This document shows positions 1 through 11,370 of a stretch of 64,000 bases of DNA, piece after piece. The DNA lies in assembly GCA_965655095.1 (NCBI GenBank), contig OZ296649.1:27156001-27220000 (forward strand). Reading direction: 5' to 3'. Under the pieces are notes generated by a model. It was not told where the DNA came from, searched no databases, and saw nothing but the letters and a program-made list of their open reading frames with translations. The stretch comes from Haplodiscus bocki. Lineage: Eukaryota. How positions within the stretch are numbered: the stretch's first letter is position 1; every line of letters begins with the position of its first letter. The position numbers and the translations under genes were made by a program.

Positions 1-345
1 CACGTTATTAATACACTGCGACTGCTTAGTTTACCATCATGAAAACTTTGACAGCTTGTCAAACATCGATATCAAGATGTCGCTCTACTTCAACTTTCGG
101 ATGAAAATTGTATGTTTGGAAAAAAATATTCTTTGCTCAAGCTAAATCAACTTCTTAGTGAACTACCTGCCATGCTTGAACGTATTCCACCCTCAGAAAT
201 TGATCGACTAGTTCGCTTCTATGAAAAATTGTTCTCTCCAAGTCCTGCAAAAAACTGATGCTCAATATGAAAACACTCGACTTCATGAAGACGTACAATA
301 GAAAATCCCTAAGGCATTGCTGCTCATTCTTAAAATACAAGGTTT
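1..345 (-). mobile_element. Degenerate non-LTR retrotransposon (CR1/L2-like) RT C-terminal remnant
   Basis: Minus-strand frames give a weak (D)LGIF-like motif near 290-320 and post-RT-like text with many stops. Confidence 0.25.
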
Positions 346-604
346 TTGAGCTGTATCCGGCTTGTCTGGTTTCCTAAACAATCGGAATAGACAATTTTAC
401 TTCGACCAGTGTAATCGACCATTCTACTTTTTTGACCATCGGAATGGACGAAACTCTAAAAAGTCATTAAAGTTTAGTCCTACTGGACTTTCGGCCGTCT
501 GGAAAAAGGCGACAAACCAGAGCAGCCGGAGAATCAATAAAACACAATAATTATCCTCGATTCATCATTTTCTCCGGGGCTTCAATATTGTTGATTAAGT
601 AATA

Positions 605-1233
605 TCATCTACAATGTTTCGTCAAGTGTAAAAGAAACATTGTTTCGAAAAAATTCAATTCTACTTCCAATAACCCAGACAGTTTGTATATGAATTGAGC
701 ACTTCTTATATGTAGATTGTTGAAAAGACGTACTTCATCAATTTCAGTGGTCCGCAAGAATTTATGATTTTTGTTCAATTTGAGGATGTTAAAGATTTTT
801 CCGACTGAATAATGCATCAAGTACAAACAATTAAAACTACAAAGATTCGAACGAATGTTTTACAACGGTAATTTGACTGTCTCAAGAAACCACCAACTTT
901 ATCTTCTGGTTAAAGCTCTAGCAATCTTCTTTGAAAGTAATCACAAAACGACAAGGTTTTTTCCCAAGCAGTTCTCCACAAAATCTCCGTAATGTTTATC
1001 GTTAATGCTGGTCGGGCACAAAAGAAGCCAGTGCTGAACTGTCGGCGAGGAATTCAATTTTTGAAACGCGGTCAACTTGCTTGCAGCACCTCCTTCATTG
1101 CGCAATTTGTGAGCAGACTTTTTGATTTTCAACCCCTCCTGCCTTCATTAAAATTGTCGGTTGAACAAACGCCCCTGAAGATGTGCAATGTAGTGCTGCA
1201 GCTTCTTGTAATTTTTGTCAGAGACTTATGCAT
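605..1233 (-). pseudogene. Maverick adenain/Ulp1-like cysteine maturation protease (frameshifted)
   Basis: MHKSLTKITRSCSTTLHIFRGVCSTDNF (FxGVxxxDxxP-like), then AFQKLNSSPTVQHWLLLC (catalytic His, NxxxxxxGxHW-like), then RS..CSFNCLYLMHY (QxxxSxxCGxYC-like Cys region); directly downstream of the MCP. Confidence 0.7.
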
Positions 1234-2549
1234 TAACCAACCAACAGGTTCTGGAAATATTCCTAGCAGAATCAATAAAAACTTGACTCACTCCTTTGTT
1301 AATGAAAAACAGCTCAATTGCGTAGTCAAGAGCTTTGGGAATGTGCAACTTTACAGTCAGGCTCTACGCGGTAAGCTCAGAAATCATTATCAAGCTGTTG
1401 CTAGATTTTCCGGTTGATCTTAGGTCGAAAATGAGGAAAGGATGGTTGTCTTGAAATTCTTCCAATTTCACTTCGTTTCCTTTTTTGGTAAACCCAAGAG
1501 CCGTAATTGTGTTGTGATAAAGCTTGACCTTGTTGCTGGTGTTGTTTGTCCGTGTAAGAGGAACGCGATTTCCACGTTGGATCTCGACCCGCTGTAGAAG
1601 CATCTTTTGGTGGGCGAACGGTTAATAGTTCAAAGGATAGTTCAAGGGTGTGCTGTGAGAAAAGGAGAGTTTACCGTACGCGAACGCAATCGTCGGGTTG
1701 ACTCCGGTAAAAACATTCTGGTTCAGAAAGGAGTTTTTCCAGCTTGATTTTCGAAACTCTTCCTGGCTCTTGATATAGGGCTAGATGGCAACACTCGCCA
1801 CCAGAGCCTTTGCCATTGACATTTTCACTCTGTAACTGCAATTTTTCTCACAGAAGGCGAAGCCCGTTCAATGACGGCTTTTACTTCTCCATCGAGCGCT
1901 TTCGACCTCATCGTCTTTTGCTTACATGCAAAGCAGGGTATTTTCATTCGATCGGAAGACGGAAGTGAAGTGTCCAGGCACGAATTGCTTCTCACGATCG
2001 AAAAGTGAGTATGCAGTGCTCCTTTCAGTTCCTCTGCACATTCATTTTCCCGGCTGAATTCAGCATATAGCTCATTCAAGGCTTTGTTGGAACCACTGGG
2101 TTCAGCCAAGTATTTTTATCTCTGGCATTTTGCCCAAGCTGCCTTAACTGTGTTATTCACTAGTTTAGTTTCCATGAAGGTTGAATGAACACAGCAGTTT
2201 GTGCTGTATTAAGTGAGCTTGCCATTGAGAATCAATTCAGCGTGTATAAAGAAAGAGTGACGCGTGGTTTTCGAAGAGACTATGTTTCGATCAATGACTT
2301 TCCACTGAGTTTTTCCATCTTCGTTTACACATTAGTTTTGACACCAAAAAATACGATTCAAATTAATCAAGTTTTCTGCTTTCGCTGACACAAAAAAGTC
2401 ATATTGTGGACCTCGGCAGCCAACATTTGGAGAAACTTGTTGATCGTAAGAGCCGCCATAGTTGATGAGAACGTTGTGTTTTTCAAAAAATGCAAAGCTT
2501 AGTGTATAAGTGGGCCTGCAATTTGCGTTGCATTTCCTGAGAACGTCAT
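1234..2549 (-). pseudogene. Maverick major capsid protein (double jelly-roll), disrupted
   Basis: N-term FFEKHNVLINYGGSYDQQVSPNVGCRGPQYDFFV; middle KAVIERASPSVRKIAVTE; C-term LYHNTITALGF..EEFQDNHPFLIFDLRST..ELTA*SLTVKLHIPKALDYAIELFFINKGVSQVFIDSARNISR; about 440 codons, typical Polinton MCP size. Confidence 0.8.
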
Positions 2550-2559
2550 CGTTCTAGCT

Positions 2560-2920
2560 AGATTGCTACTAGTTTCGCTGGTTGTTGTCGCTATGAGCAG
2601 CAGAAAAAACTGTGTTGCGGACGAAATGTCGGACCGACTTCTCTTCTCGCGCTCTGTTTGTGAAGTGTTAAATCTCTGACGATGACGATGACTTCTGCGC
2701 GTTTTCTTTGGCTAGCAATAGCTGTATTTTATGGCAAATCTATAGAGCCACCCACCATTGGGCAGCAGCTCGCACGCTGCGTGGCGCCAGCCACCTAACG
2801 GGCGGTACGCCCGGGCACCGCCCGCTGCGATGCTCCATTCGCAAATTGATTGTTGTTGTTGTCGTGTTGGTCAAGTCTTTGTTGTTGTGGTGTTGGAGAA
2901 TTTTTAAGCTCCTTGCAACG
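2560..2920 (-). pseudogene. Short Arg-rich, core (pVII-like) protein remnant between minor and major capsid genes
   Basis: GC-richer island with basic/Arg-rich frames (e.g. KRSRSDI near 2625-2650); position between the two capsid genes. Confidence 0.4.
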
Positions 2921-2924
2921 AGAA

Positions 2925-3856
2925 GGGCGGCTGTTTTGGCCTTAGTGCCAATGTGATGCTTGTGCAGTTACGTCTCAGAAATGGAATTTTTTGATTTTAT
3001 CGACCAGAGTTAGTGTAATTCCCTGGAATTGTGGTTTGTAGATACGTTCCCACTACAAATTTTGGAAACTCCGGTGATTCACTTGCTGCAAACGATGATG
3101 GTTGTGGGAGAAGGTTGGAGAGAACTCAATATCTGGAATATTTGATCGCAACAGTGCAGTTTGTATGTGACCGAGAGTCTCATTCTGAAGAAGAACGCTA
3201 TACAGAAACTTGATATGGCTCCCAGCATTCGAATGAACACTATTGACCATAACCTTTCACAGTAAAGTTTTCAGTTTGATGAGCAGCGCCCTCAGGCAGA
3301 ATTTTTTCGGCAGGTATCATTTTTCGCTCTCCATTTACTGAGTTCATATTTTTGCTTGTTCCCAGATTTTCGTTTCAATTCATGTGAGAATGTTTGAACA
3401 ACCACGCCATCAGTTCTTACGTTTCCGCTGAGTTTCACTTCAAACTCTAACGTGGCCTTGTTTACTTTCCATGAAATTGTGGGCGGATGCTCCGGAGTGG
3501 TGGTAACTCTTTGTGAGTTGGGCCTGCTGCTGAATTGCTGAGTCATCCACATTGATACTGTTCATGGTCTTTTAGCAAGGTGAAGGTCGTCTTCATCATC
3601 ACCTGCCAAACCTTCATGTGGTGGGTGGTTCGTTTTTTGAAACGGTCATATGACCCTTGGTAACATTGCGCAACCCTCGGTAACATTGCGCACCAAATCA
3701 GGCTAGTGTTTTTCCAATGAGTTTCCCTACCAATCTCATATCAGCGTCAAAAGTGTGGGAAGGAGGGTTGTGAAACACGACAACTAATTCTCGGAGAATG
3801 TTTCCGTCGACGCGTTTTTAAATCAAGTTCAGCGCAAACTCATCACTATAGACCAT
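2925..3856 (-). pseudogene. Maverick minor capsid protein (penton, single jelly-roll), disrupted
   Basis: Start MVYSDEFALNLI..NASTETFSEN*LSCFTTLLP (F.l.L.SNaS...FPeN....FTT.LP); C-term HIKFLYSVLLQNETLGHIQTALLRS (fvYcDiv.....GD....LLR), FQNL*WERIYKPQFQGITLTL, TSITLALRPK. Confidence 0.75.
3653..3692 (+). repeat. 20-bp tandem duplication (2 copies) inside the penton pseudogene
   Basis: acccttggtaacattgcgca / accctcggtaacattgcgca. Confidence 0.9.
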
Positions 3857-3857
3857 G

Positions 3858-4847
3858 TTATCGCCGAATGATGACGATTATGTATGGCACTGCTTCATTT
3901 GCGCTGTTGATGTTCTTGACTTCTGTTGCAAGTTGTGGTGGTGACCTGAATTTTACCAGCTCAAGTTCGTAAAATTTACCTTATCTTCGTTGTTGCTGTC
4001 CTTCATTTTGTACGCCATTAGTTTGTTGTAGGTATCTTTACAATCGTGAGGGTTTCCTCCTTGAATTGATTTTTATAGCCTCGATGAAAGGTCTCTTTTC
4101 TCTTCCCAACCCGGAGAATGGCGCCAACGAATTTTAGTCGGAGGTTGGTCAGTGTGGCAAAGAGAAACCGAATATCGATCGTCTTTTTGGGACACTGCAG
4201 CCAGAATCAACCTTGGGACGCGGCTGATTGTTTTTAGCGATAGCAACAAGCTCGTTGAGGAAATGAACTTATTGATTGGTGTCATGCTCATGAGGAAATT
4301 CAAAGGTTGTTGATCTCGGGTTTCTGATGTATGTCGGCGAAGGCTCGTTTTGTTTCACTCTTTGTAGAATAATGTTCATTGCATTACTCTCGACACACTT
4401 TTGCAAATTCGCCTGTAAATTGCTCTCTTGATTGGCCCATTTTTTCCGGCGGAATCCGCTTGGAAGCGCAATTTCTAAGAGCATGACTTTCCTTCTTACT
4501 ACTCGCGATTTTCCTTTCGAGAGCACCACCGCAAGCTTTGAGGTTTTTTATCTGCTATCCACAGTCCATGAAGAGCAGAGAGTGTTTACTGCCACATAAG
4601 AAAGTCGAATACCTTATTTGTGTTTTGAATTTTGCGGCATGACAGCTAAATCAATGGACCAAATTTCGTTCAGTCGATAAATAAACTTTCAGTCTGGGAA
4701 AAGGCTTTCGGGTCATTGTGAATTTTGTCTAACTCTCACTCCTTTTCAAGAAAAATTCAAATTGCTTGGAGGACCACTTGATTGTTTTTTTCAGAGAATT
4801 CCAACTACCTCAAGCAGTTTTTGGTTATGGGTTCGTTTAAGTCTCAT
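3858..4847 (-). pseudogene. Maverick retroviral-like (rve) integrase, disrupted
   Basis: TRKPFPRLKV..YRLNEIWSIDLAVM (W..DL.dm), YVAVNTL (VavD.fS); C-term KETFHRGYK..ETLTIVKIPT..KFYELELVKF (F.kGY...ft.E.F....g.FYe.EL). Confidence 0.8.
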
Positions 4848-5075
4848 GGATTTTGCTGAAATCAAATGAGATGGGGTCATCTTTGGCGATGAAAACTCGA
4901 TTTCCTTAACGCTTCAGGAAGAGATTGTTGTGGGTCCAATCTTTCTTGTTTTTCATAGCTGAACTTTTGAAGAAAATCCATCCACATACATGACCACACC
5001 GATAGACACAACGAATTGGGCGCCGTTGCCCAACGGATTTTGACTTGATTCACAAAACCACTTCTTCGCTGCCAT
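4830..5075 (-). pseudogene. Small Cys/His-containing ORF of the Maverick, unknown function
   Basis: CVYRCGHVCGWIFFKSSAMKNKKDWTHNNLFLK; same strand, overlaps the INT start. Confidence 0.35.
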
Positions 5076-5147
5076 TTTGCTAATCTTCTAGATAGTTAGC
5101 TCATCGTTGGCAGATTTCGTGTCAAGTTTCATTTGTTTCGTAGGTGG

Positions 5148-5775
5148 CTATCCCGACGCCGATCGATTATGATTCTCAGAACTTGTTAGTCTCGCGTGTG
5201 TATTTGCTAGCAGAAAGTGATGCAGTTGAAGCACTGCAACCAAGTTAACAATTTGTTTCCGTGGTTGTTTGGTATTCACTTGTAACGCTGTCAAAACTTC
5301 TGTTCCAGCTATGAAAGTAAGTTGTTGGCCCAGAAACGTTTTTGGATTATTCTCAGTACTAGCACGCTCTTCTTGCTGGGTCGCTTTCAAGATTGGACGA
5401 GACCGTTCAAGTTTAACGCCAGTTTTTCTTGACTAGTGGAAAGTCTAGATTGCGATTGGATGCGATGAAATTTTATCTTGCAATAAAATAGATTGCAACT
5501 GTGGTTTTTTTGTTCCCGTAACCTTGAGTTAAAGTTGATCTGTCGGACTACTGCTCCTTGTTTGGAAGAGTTTTCTTCTTGGTCTCTTTATCAATCGATA
5601 CATGCGGAAGTCTTGCAGCTGTTAACGCGGGAATTTGAGCGAGGAGTCGTTTTTCTTTCTCGTTGGAGTCTAGATAGTTTTTTTGATATTGTTAGTGTTG
5701 CTGCTGTTTTAGAAAACAGTTTTCATTATTAGTTAGACGAATAAACTCTAACGCAGCAGTTTGTTATCATGGCGA
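5148..5775 (-). pseudogene. Maverick accessory ORF remnant (unknown), cut by the copia insertion
   Basis: Co-oriented coding-like frames (..KQPRKQIVNLVAVLQLHHFLLANTHAR..) between INT and the copia TSD. Confidence 0.35.
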
Positions 5776-5873
5776 TGAAAAAAGATACCTATATAAAACG
5801 TCTATTACACCAACCCCCCTGAAACAACACTTACAATTATCAATTAGCACCTGTCAAAGTGATTGGATTAACA
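5776..5873 (-). repeat. 3' LTR of copia copy A (98 bp)
   Basis: Direct repeat of 10284-10382 (about 11 differences by eye); purine-rich tract just upstream on the element strand (5874-5898). Confidence 0.95.
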
Positions 5874-6214
5874 TTCGTATCTTTTCAATTTCGACTCCTA
5901 ATTATGGAATCAATATTTAGAGGTCGGTACAGATCGAATAGACTAACGGTAATGAGTTCGCCGGTCTGTAGCATCGATTAGACTGCTGTGAAAACATGGG
6001 CGTGGCAATTTAATGAATACATTACCAGAAACGAATGTTCGGCGATATATGTTTGGCGTGCGTGAGCGAGCAGGATGTAGCGTAGCTTTTGGAAGTATAA
6101 TGAATACATTAACAGAAGCACCATGATAAATCGAATGCACAAGGATTGTGCGTATGGTTTATTCAGCAAAATTAAACATCAAATTTACAAAAAACACTTC
6201 AATAAAAGCGTAAA

Positions 6215-9200
6215 TTAATTACGAATGAAGATAGCGGAAAAACTGTTAGTTTGTGGGACTCTACGCAGCAAATCAGACGAAGGACTTCTCGATTTCGTGA
6301 GGCAATCAGCCACCTGCCTTTTCGTTTCTACCCTTTTTAAACCAGATAAACGTCCGTTTGACAGCATACTTCGCAAGAAACCAATATCGACTTTGGCAGA
6401 TTTATCCGAAATCGAATTGTTGGAATAGGCTGATTTTATAATAGATCTTTTATCCCTGTAGCACACGATAGGTATCTCGATCCCTGATATATCTAGCGGT
6501 ATATTTCTGCAAAATTCAACGGTTTCAAGGTATTCAACTAATGAAAAGCATTCTGCAGCCTAAGTACTGCGTGCAACACGTCGTAATTTTGAACTTTTCC
6601 CAGCTAAAACGGCAGATTTGTTTGTATTCGTTTCTGAATTGAAAGTAATGAATCCAGCGTGGGTAGAACCGTCAGAATAATTGTTGAATGATGCGTCAGA
6701 GAAGCAAGCGAGCTCTGTTTTCGTTAATTGAAAATTCGGATATCGCAGGGTAATCGGTGGCCCTGAATTCACATGCCGGACCGTTTTGTTTGCCAACAGG
6801 GCTACAGAAACAGTCGCCGTTGTGTGTTTCTGAGAGGTCATTTCGGAAAGTTTGCGCCAGATATCGGGCCTGGCCTGTTTCGCCGGCCATAATAACGTTC
6901 CAATTATGCCACTTAGTGCATAAACTTTTTCTCCACTCAGATTTCGCTCCTTGTTTGATGTGTCAGCGAATAGCATCTCCTGAAGACCAGCGCGATAACA
7001 ATCCATATCTAAGCATAAAGCAGATCCAGAGTTGGGCAAATTCACAACCAAACCAAGATACTTGTGAGGAATTTCGATAATCGATCCAAGCGTGAAAACG
7101 GTTTGAATTTTCTCAATAACATCTTTGACGAACGAGTCGTGTCCAGCAATCCAGAAATCGTCCACGTGCGTCAAAATAACACCAGGTAAGTCATTTCTCG
7201 TGTTGGAAAAAATGCTTGGGTCGTATTTAGATTGTGTTAAACCAAAAATGTTGAATTCTGCAATAACTCTCTCGTGCCATAATCTTGAAGCATCAAACAG
7301 TCCGTATACGCATTTTCGTAGCTTCCACAGGTTTGAATTTTTGTACGGTTTTGGTGGCTCTAGGTAGACGTTTCGCTTCAACAGGAAACCTTTTAAAAAC
7401 GCCGTTTTTACGTCAAAAGCACTGCAACGCCAGCTTTCATGTGAGGCTACGATTGTGAGAACTGCGCGAAATCCTTCTTTCGAACACGTTGGCGAGTGCT
7501 TGACCACATTACTGTACTCCGCAACCTCAAATCCTCGAGCAACGAGCCTGGCCTTTTTTGACCAGATTCTTTTGTAGTATAGACCCATCGTGTTGTAATT
7601 CTTGGTTGACCAACATCTTCAACGATATCAAAAAAGCTTCAAGTTTTTCCAGCTCTTCAGTTCTGCTTCACCAGCGTCTGCAAACTCATCCGCAACACTC
7701 ATTGTGGCCAAAGTTGACTCCGACAACGCATTTTTGTCGTTTCTCCGGTTGAGATCTCCTGGTGTGAAGTTTACACACTCGTTGGCATAAGTCGGGTCGT
7801 CATACTGGACGTTATAGTGGAATTTCTATTTCCCTTTGGCCTTACCAGCTCTACTAATGATTTCGGCGCCAAATTCCTCGCCATTAGCACTCAGACTTTT
7901 CACTCGATCTTCGCGTTTTGGCTTCCTAGAACTGGTGAGAGGCTCCAGGGAAGGCTACCTCGGGTTTAGTTTCACCTGAGAAGTCGTAACAGCCTCAACT
8001 TCTGACATTTTCTGCACATCCTGTTCCCCTGTGTCCGTAGTTGACGAGTCATCCAAATCGTCTACCGGAATTGGATTCAGTGGTAATGGGGCTTCTTGGG
8101 ACGTATTTCCTGTGGTAACTAATTTCGAATCTGCTAAATTAGAAACTCCTCTGTCGTTGTGACAATGACGCTGCTTGCTTTCATGCACTTTAAGGACGTG
8201 ACTTCCATTTCTAACAAAGACCACCGAGGACTCGCTGCAAAGCCTTGAGATGGTCAGGAAATGAGCCTCCGGACTCTCCAAAGCGGGCAACTTGTCGTCT
8301 ACCACACATGGCCGTATACTAGCTGGAAAGGAGAGTAGCCCAAATGAGACAAGAGACAGTTTTTGGCAAACACCGTAGCTTTAACATATAGCTCATCATC
8401 GGAAGATTTCAAGTCAGATTTCACTTTTTGGCATGTCTCCGTCCAAATCCTATTATGCGTTTCACAACATCCATTTGATAAGGGGTTTTTATTAGCCGTC
8501 GAAGACACTTTAATATTGAAAAATTCAGCCTTCTGTCTGAACGCTTCACTGTAAAACTACACTCCATTGTCCGTAAGAATCTTCTTTGGGGCATGATGCG
8601 CGACAATCCACTATCGACTCAATACATCAATAATTGTAGAAGACATTTTGTTCGAGATCATCTCAGCCTCTGAAAACCTGGTGTACATATCAATAATATG
8701 AACATACCATTGGGGTGGATTACTCGAGATTTGAAAGAGATCCAATTATATGGTTTCGTTGAAAGATTTTGAGTGGGGCATTGACACGATCGGTTTCCTA
8801 CTGGGCTGGCCAAACTTTTCGCATACTTGACACGGATTCTTAATTTTTTCTAGGTTCATTTTCCAGTTTTCTAGTTTCCCTGCACTTCTTAGCAGCCCTC
8901 CTAGACGTTCTGGACGACAGTGTCCAAACTGACGATGAAGTTTCATTAGAGACGTCTCGTTGAGAACTTCCGCTGTAATAATTTGTAGCGAATCTGTAGG
9001 AGAATTTCGCGGAAAAATCACTACAGCAAAGTGACCACTAGCCAGTTCTTCTAGATCAATCGTTGCAGATTCGGGAATTATCATCGTGTGCTTGTATGCA
9101 TCAATCATTGCACGCGTTTTCTTCAGCGATTTAACGCTCAAGAGCAGTGGAAGATTACCCGGAGTAAGTTCAACATTCAAATAACAGTTCAAGTCGCCAA

Positions 9201-10284
9201 AACACGTGGGAATACTGACTCTCTGCAGATACTTGGACATTGCACCTCCTCCAAACATAATCTTCGCCCCAGTTTCGTGTTTTTGAACCAGCTGTCTCTG
9301 TTCATCTGTTAGAGCAGACACGCATTTTTTTATCCAGTTATGGTCGAACACCGTTGTGGTACATGCGGTGTCTACAATAGCCTTCCCAAATGTGTTCGCA
9401 AGGACAGACGGAGCCAATTTGACAAAACTAAGAAAAGCGTCTTGTGTATTTTCGCTTGGCCTATCAGGGCAGTCTCGAGCGCAATGGTTTCTACTTCCGC
9501 AAATTCGGCATGTAGTGACATAGCCTTGGTTATCTTTCGATTTTTTTCCTTCAGATTTGAATTTCTTGCCATGATTAGAATCACCTCTTTGAGCGTAATG
9601 ATTTTGGATTCTCTTGCGGGAAAAACTCAGTCTATACTTCTGAATGCGCCCATAGAATGCTTCTCCAGATGAGGACTCTTCATCAGAGTTTTTGGCATCT
9701 AGGGTCTTGAAAATGGGTTCTTCCTTGACATCTGCAGCAGTCTGTGCTAGCGTGTCGCAAGAAATGCGCTTGAGCGTTCCTCTCATTTCTGACAATTTCA
9801 GAGTTTTTGTGGTTGCCAAAACCATCTGACGTTCAGATGTCCGTAGACAAGCCCCATGTAACAACTTACGTGCTCAAACAGAATCTGGTAGCTTCCTTTC
9901 CAGCTTTTCAGTTTTCTAGTAAGCAATTTCAAATTCCAAAATATAGTCAGCAATAGATGAAGTAGGTTGCCTTTTCAGTTCTTCAAACCTCACGTATGCC
10001 TCATACGCACTGTCAACCGTGTCTTTAGCAAATTACTCTTGTAGCTTGGCAAGTAGCCTCGTAACGCCATCTTCATGGTTCAGACCACCAATCGGAACCT
10101 GCTTGGCAACCTCTCGTTTCCTGCCTTGCAGTGTCAACACTATAATTGGTGCACGTTTTTTGACTTGAATATCAGTATTAACGAGCCACATTTCAATTTC
10201 GGCTTTCCAGCTCTCGAAGCTCCTGTTATCGGACCAAATAGGCGGGGTTTTGTTCGGAAGTGTAACAGACATTTCTGCTACCAT
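6215..10284 (-). pseudogene. copia A gag-pol, broken by stops and frameshifts
   Basis: ORF pieces 10033-10284 (gag), 8746-9864 (ZnK/PR/HHCC), 8299-8508 and 7955-8305 (INT), 6560-7588 (RT/RH), 6215-6466 (RH end). Confidence 0.9.
10274..10283 (-). promoter_or_regulatory. Primer-binding site TGGTAGCAGA (initiator tRNA-Met 3' end), copia A
   Basis: Immediately follows the LTR-terminal CA on the element strand; identical in copy B (51757-51766). Confidence 0.85.
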
Positions 10285-10382
10285 GAAAAAAGATACGTAC
10301 ATAAAACGTCTATTACACAAACCCCGCTGAATCAACACAAACAATTAATAAATTAGCTCCCGTCAAAGTGATTGGATTAACA
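10284..10382 (-). repeat. 5' LTR of copia copy A (99 bp)
   Basis: TGTTAATCCAATCAC...TTTTTTCA, then the PBS. Confidence 0.95.
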
Positions 10383-10685
10383 GGCGACATCTCAAATAAT
10401 TCGAAACCGATGATAGGAGTACCCTCAGCAGTCGCAGCCCTCTGGGTGAAAAAAGTAACTGACGTTTACCTCTCACAGAAACTTTTCAGTTTGCAAAGAG
10501 CAACCCCAGAGTGCATTTTCCCTTCATGATGTTGCCTTTTTATTTCGCCTTTTTGTCAAATTTGATGACGCTTCCGTTAGTCATATTGAAGATGCAGTCA
10601 CAAAAAATATCTTATCTGTTTCTTCTGAGAATTTTGGAATGAAATTTTTTTCATTAATGTGGGGAATTTCATAAACAAACTTACT

Positions 10686-11370
10686 CTATAAAAGTTTGTA
10701 AATTCTCGATCTATGTTTAGGGTGCAATTGATCTGTTGCACGATAGAAAATAAGTTGTTCGTCACCTGAGCAGTTTGAAAAGTCTCTCAGTGCGTTGCTG
10801 CTTGGCACATCTAGATCAACCATCAAGTGCCCTAAAGGCTTCTGTGGGTCTTGTATATGCTTCTTCTGTGAGTTGACGCTCGCCCAATTGCAGGCGCAGA
10901 ACTCCATTTTGTTCTAAGTGTCTCGGGCTGGTAAAAAAAGTAACTCTGACATTCGTTTCATTCTTTCTGAAATTTTTCGTCCTTTGAAATATTTGTGTTG
11001 CGAAACCATCAAATGTTTTTTGAGATGTTGACCGGCATTGACCAGTGCTAGAAAGTTTGCTTCCTGAAGCTTCTGCGAAAAGTCGTCGATCACCTAAAGG
11101 GTTCGCTTCCTCATTTTCTGCCTTGTCCAATGCATTCCAATATAAATCTTGAACAAATTCATTTTTAACTTGTATTTTTAATATTCGTTCAAAACTTTCC
11201 TATAGTGAGGCTGGTATTGTTTATAAAAATGTCAAGTTTTGTCTAAGTGAGGTGAGAAAATGTTCCTCCGGCTGAAAATCATCCGACCATTTTGTCTTGT
11301 CTTCCCTGAGCCTGCGGGTGCCGTAACTCGAACGAAGCAATATGGTTAAATACTTATTCGCTCGTTTATT
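10686..11370 (-). pseudogene. Maverick A32/FtsK-like packaging ATPase, disrupted
   Basis: Walker A APAGSGKT (about 11298-11324), HFYKQYQPHY, Walker B KRTL*VIDD, AGQH (GRH-like), SPRHLEQ..LGERQL..AY, KPLGHLMVDL. Confidence 0.85.

Larger units (their letters stand above)
5776..10382 (-). mobile_element. Ty1/copia LTR retrotransposon, GalEa-like clade, copy A (defective)
   Basis: Paired TG..CA LTRs; perfect 5-bp TSD GGCGA (5771-5775 and 10383-10387); order gag-CCHC-PR-INT-RT-RH; motifs CRICGSRNHCARDC, AIVDTAC, KLHRQFGH..CQVC, KARLVARGF, HVDDF, FSDASF, ADCLTK. Confidence 0.95.
605..11370 (-). mobile_element. Decayed Maverick/Polinton-like endogenous virus (virion + integrase module), interrupted by a copia element at 5776-10382
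   Basis: Six co-oriented, nearly abutting pseudogenes on the - strand: ATPase, INT, minor capsid, basic ORF, major capsid, cysteine protease. This gene set is diagnostic of Polintons/Mavericks; ends not defined. Confidence 0.85.

Noticed and set aside
7545-7565. Programmed -1 frameshift at the A-run before KARLVARGF
   Set aside because: In the upstream frame the run reads CAA AAA AGG, which is not an X XXY YYZ heptamer; a shared 1-nt deletion is simpler
6757-10356. Plus-strand ORFs over the copia elements (also 47143-51752)
   Set aside because: Antisense shadows of gag-pol; recurrence in both copies only reflects nucleotide similarity
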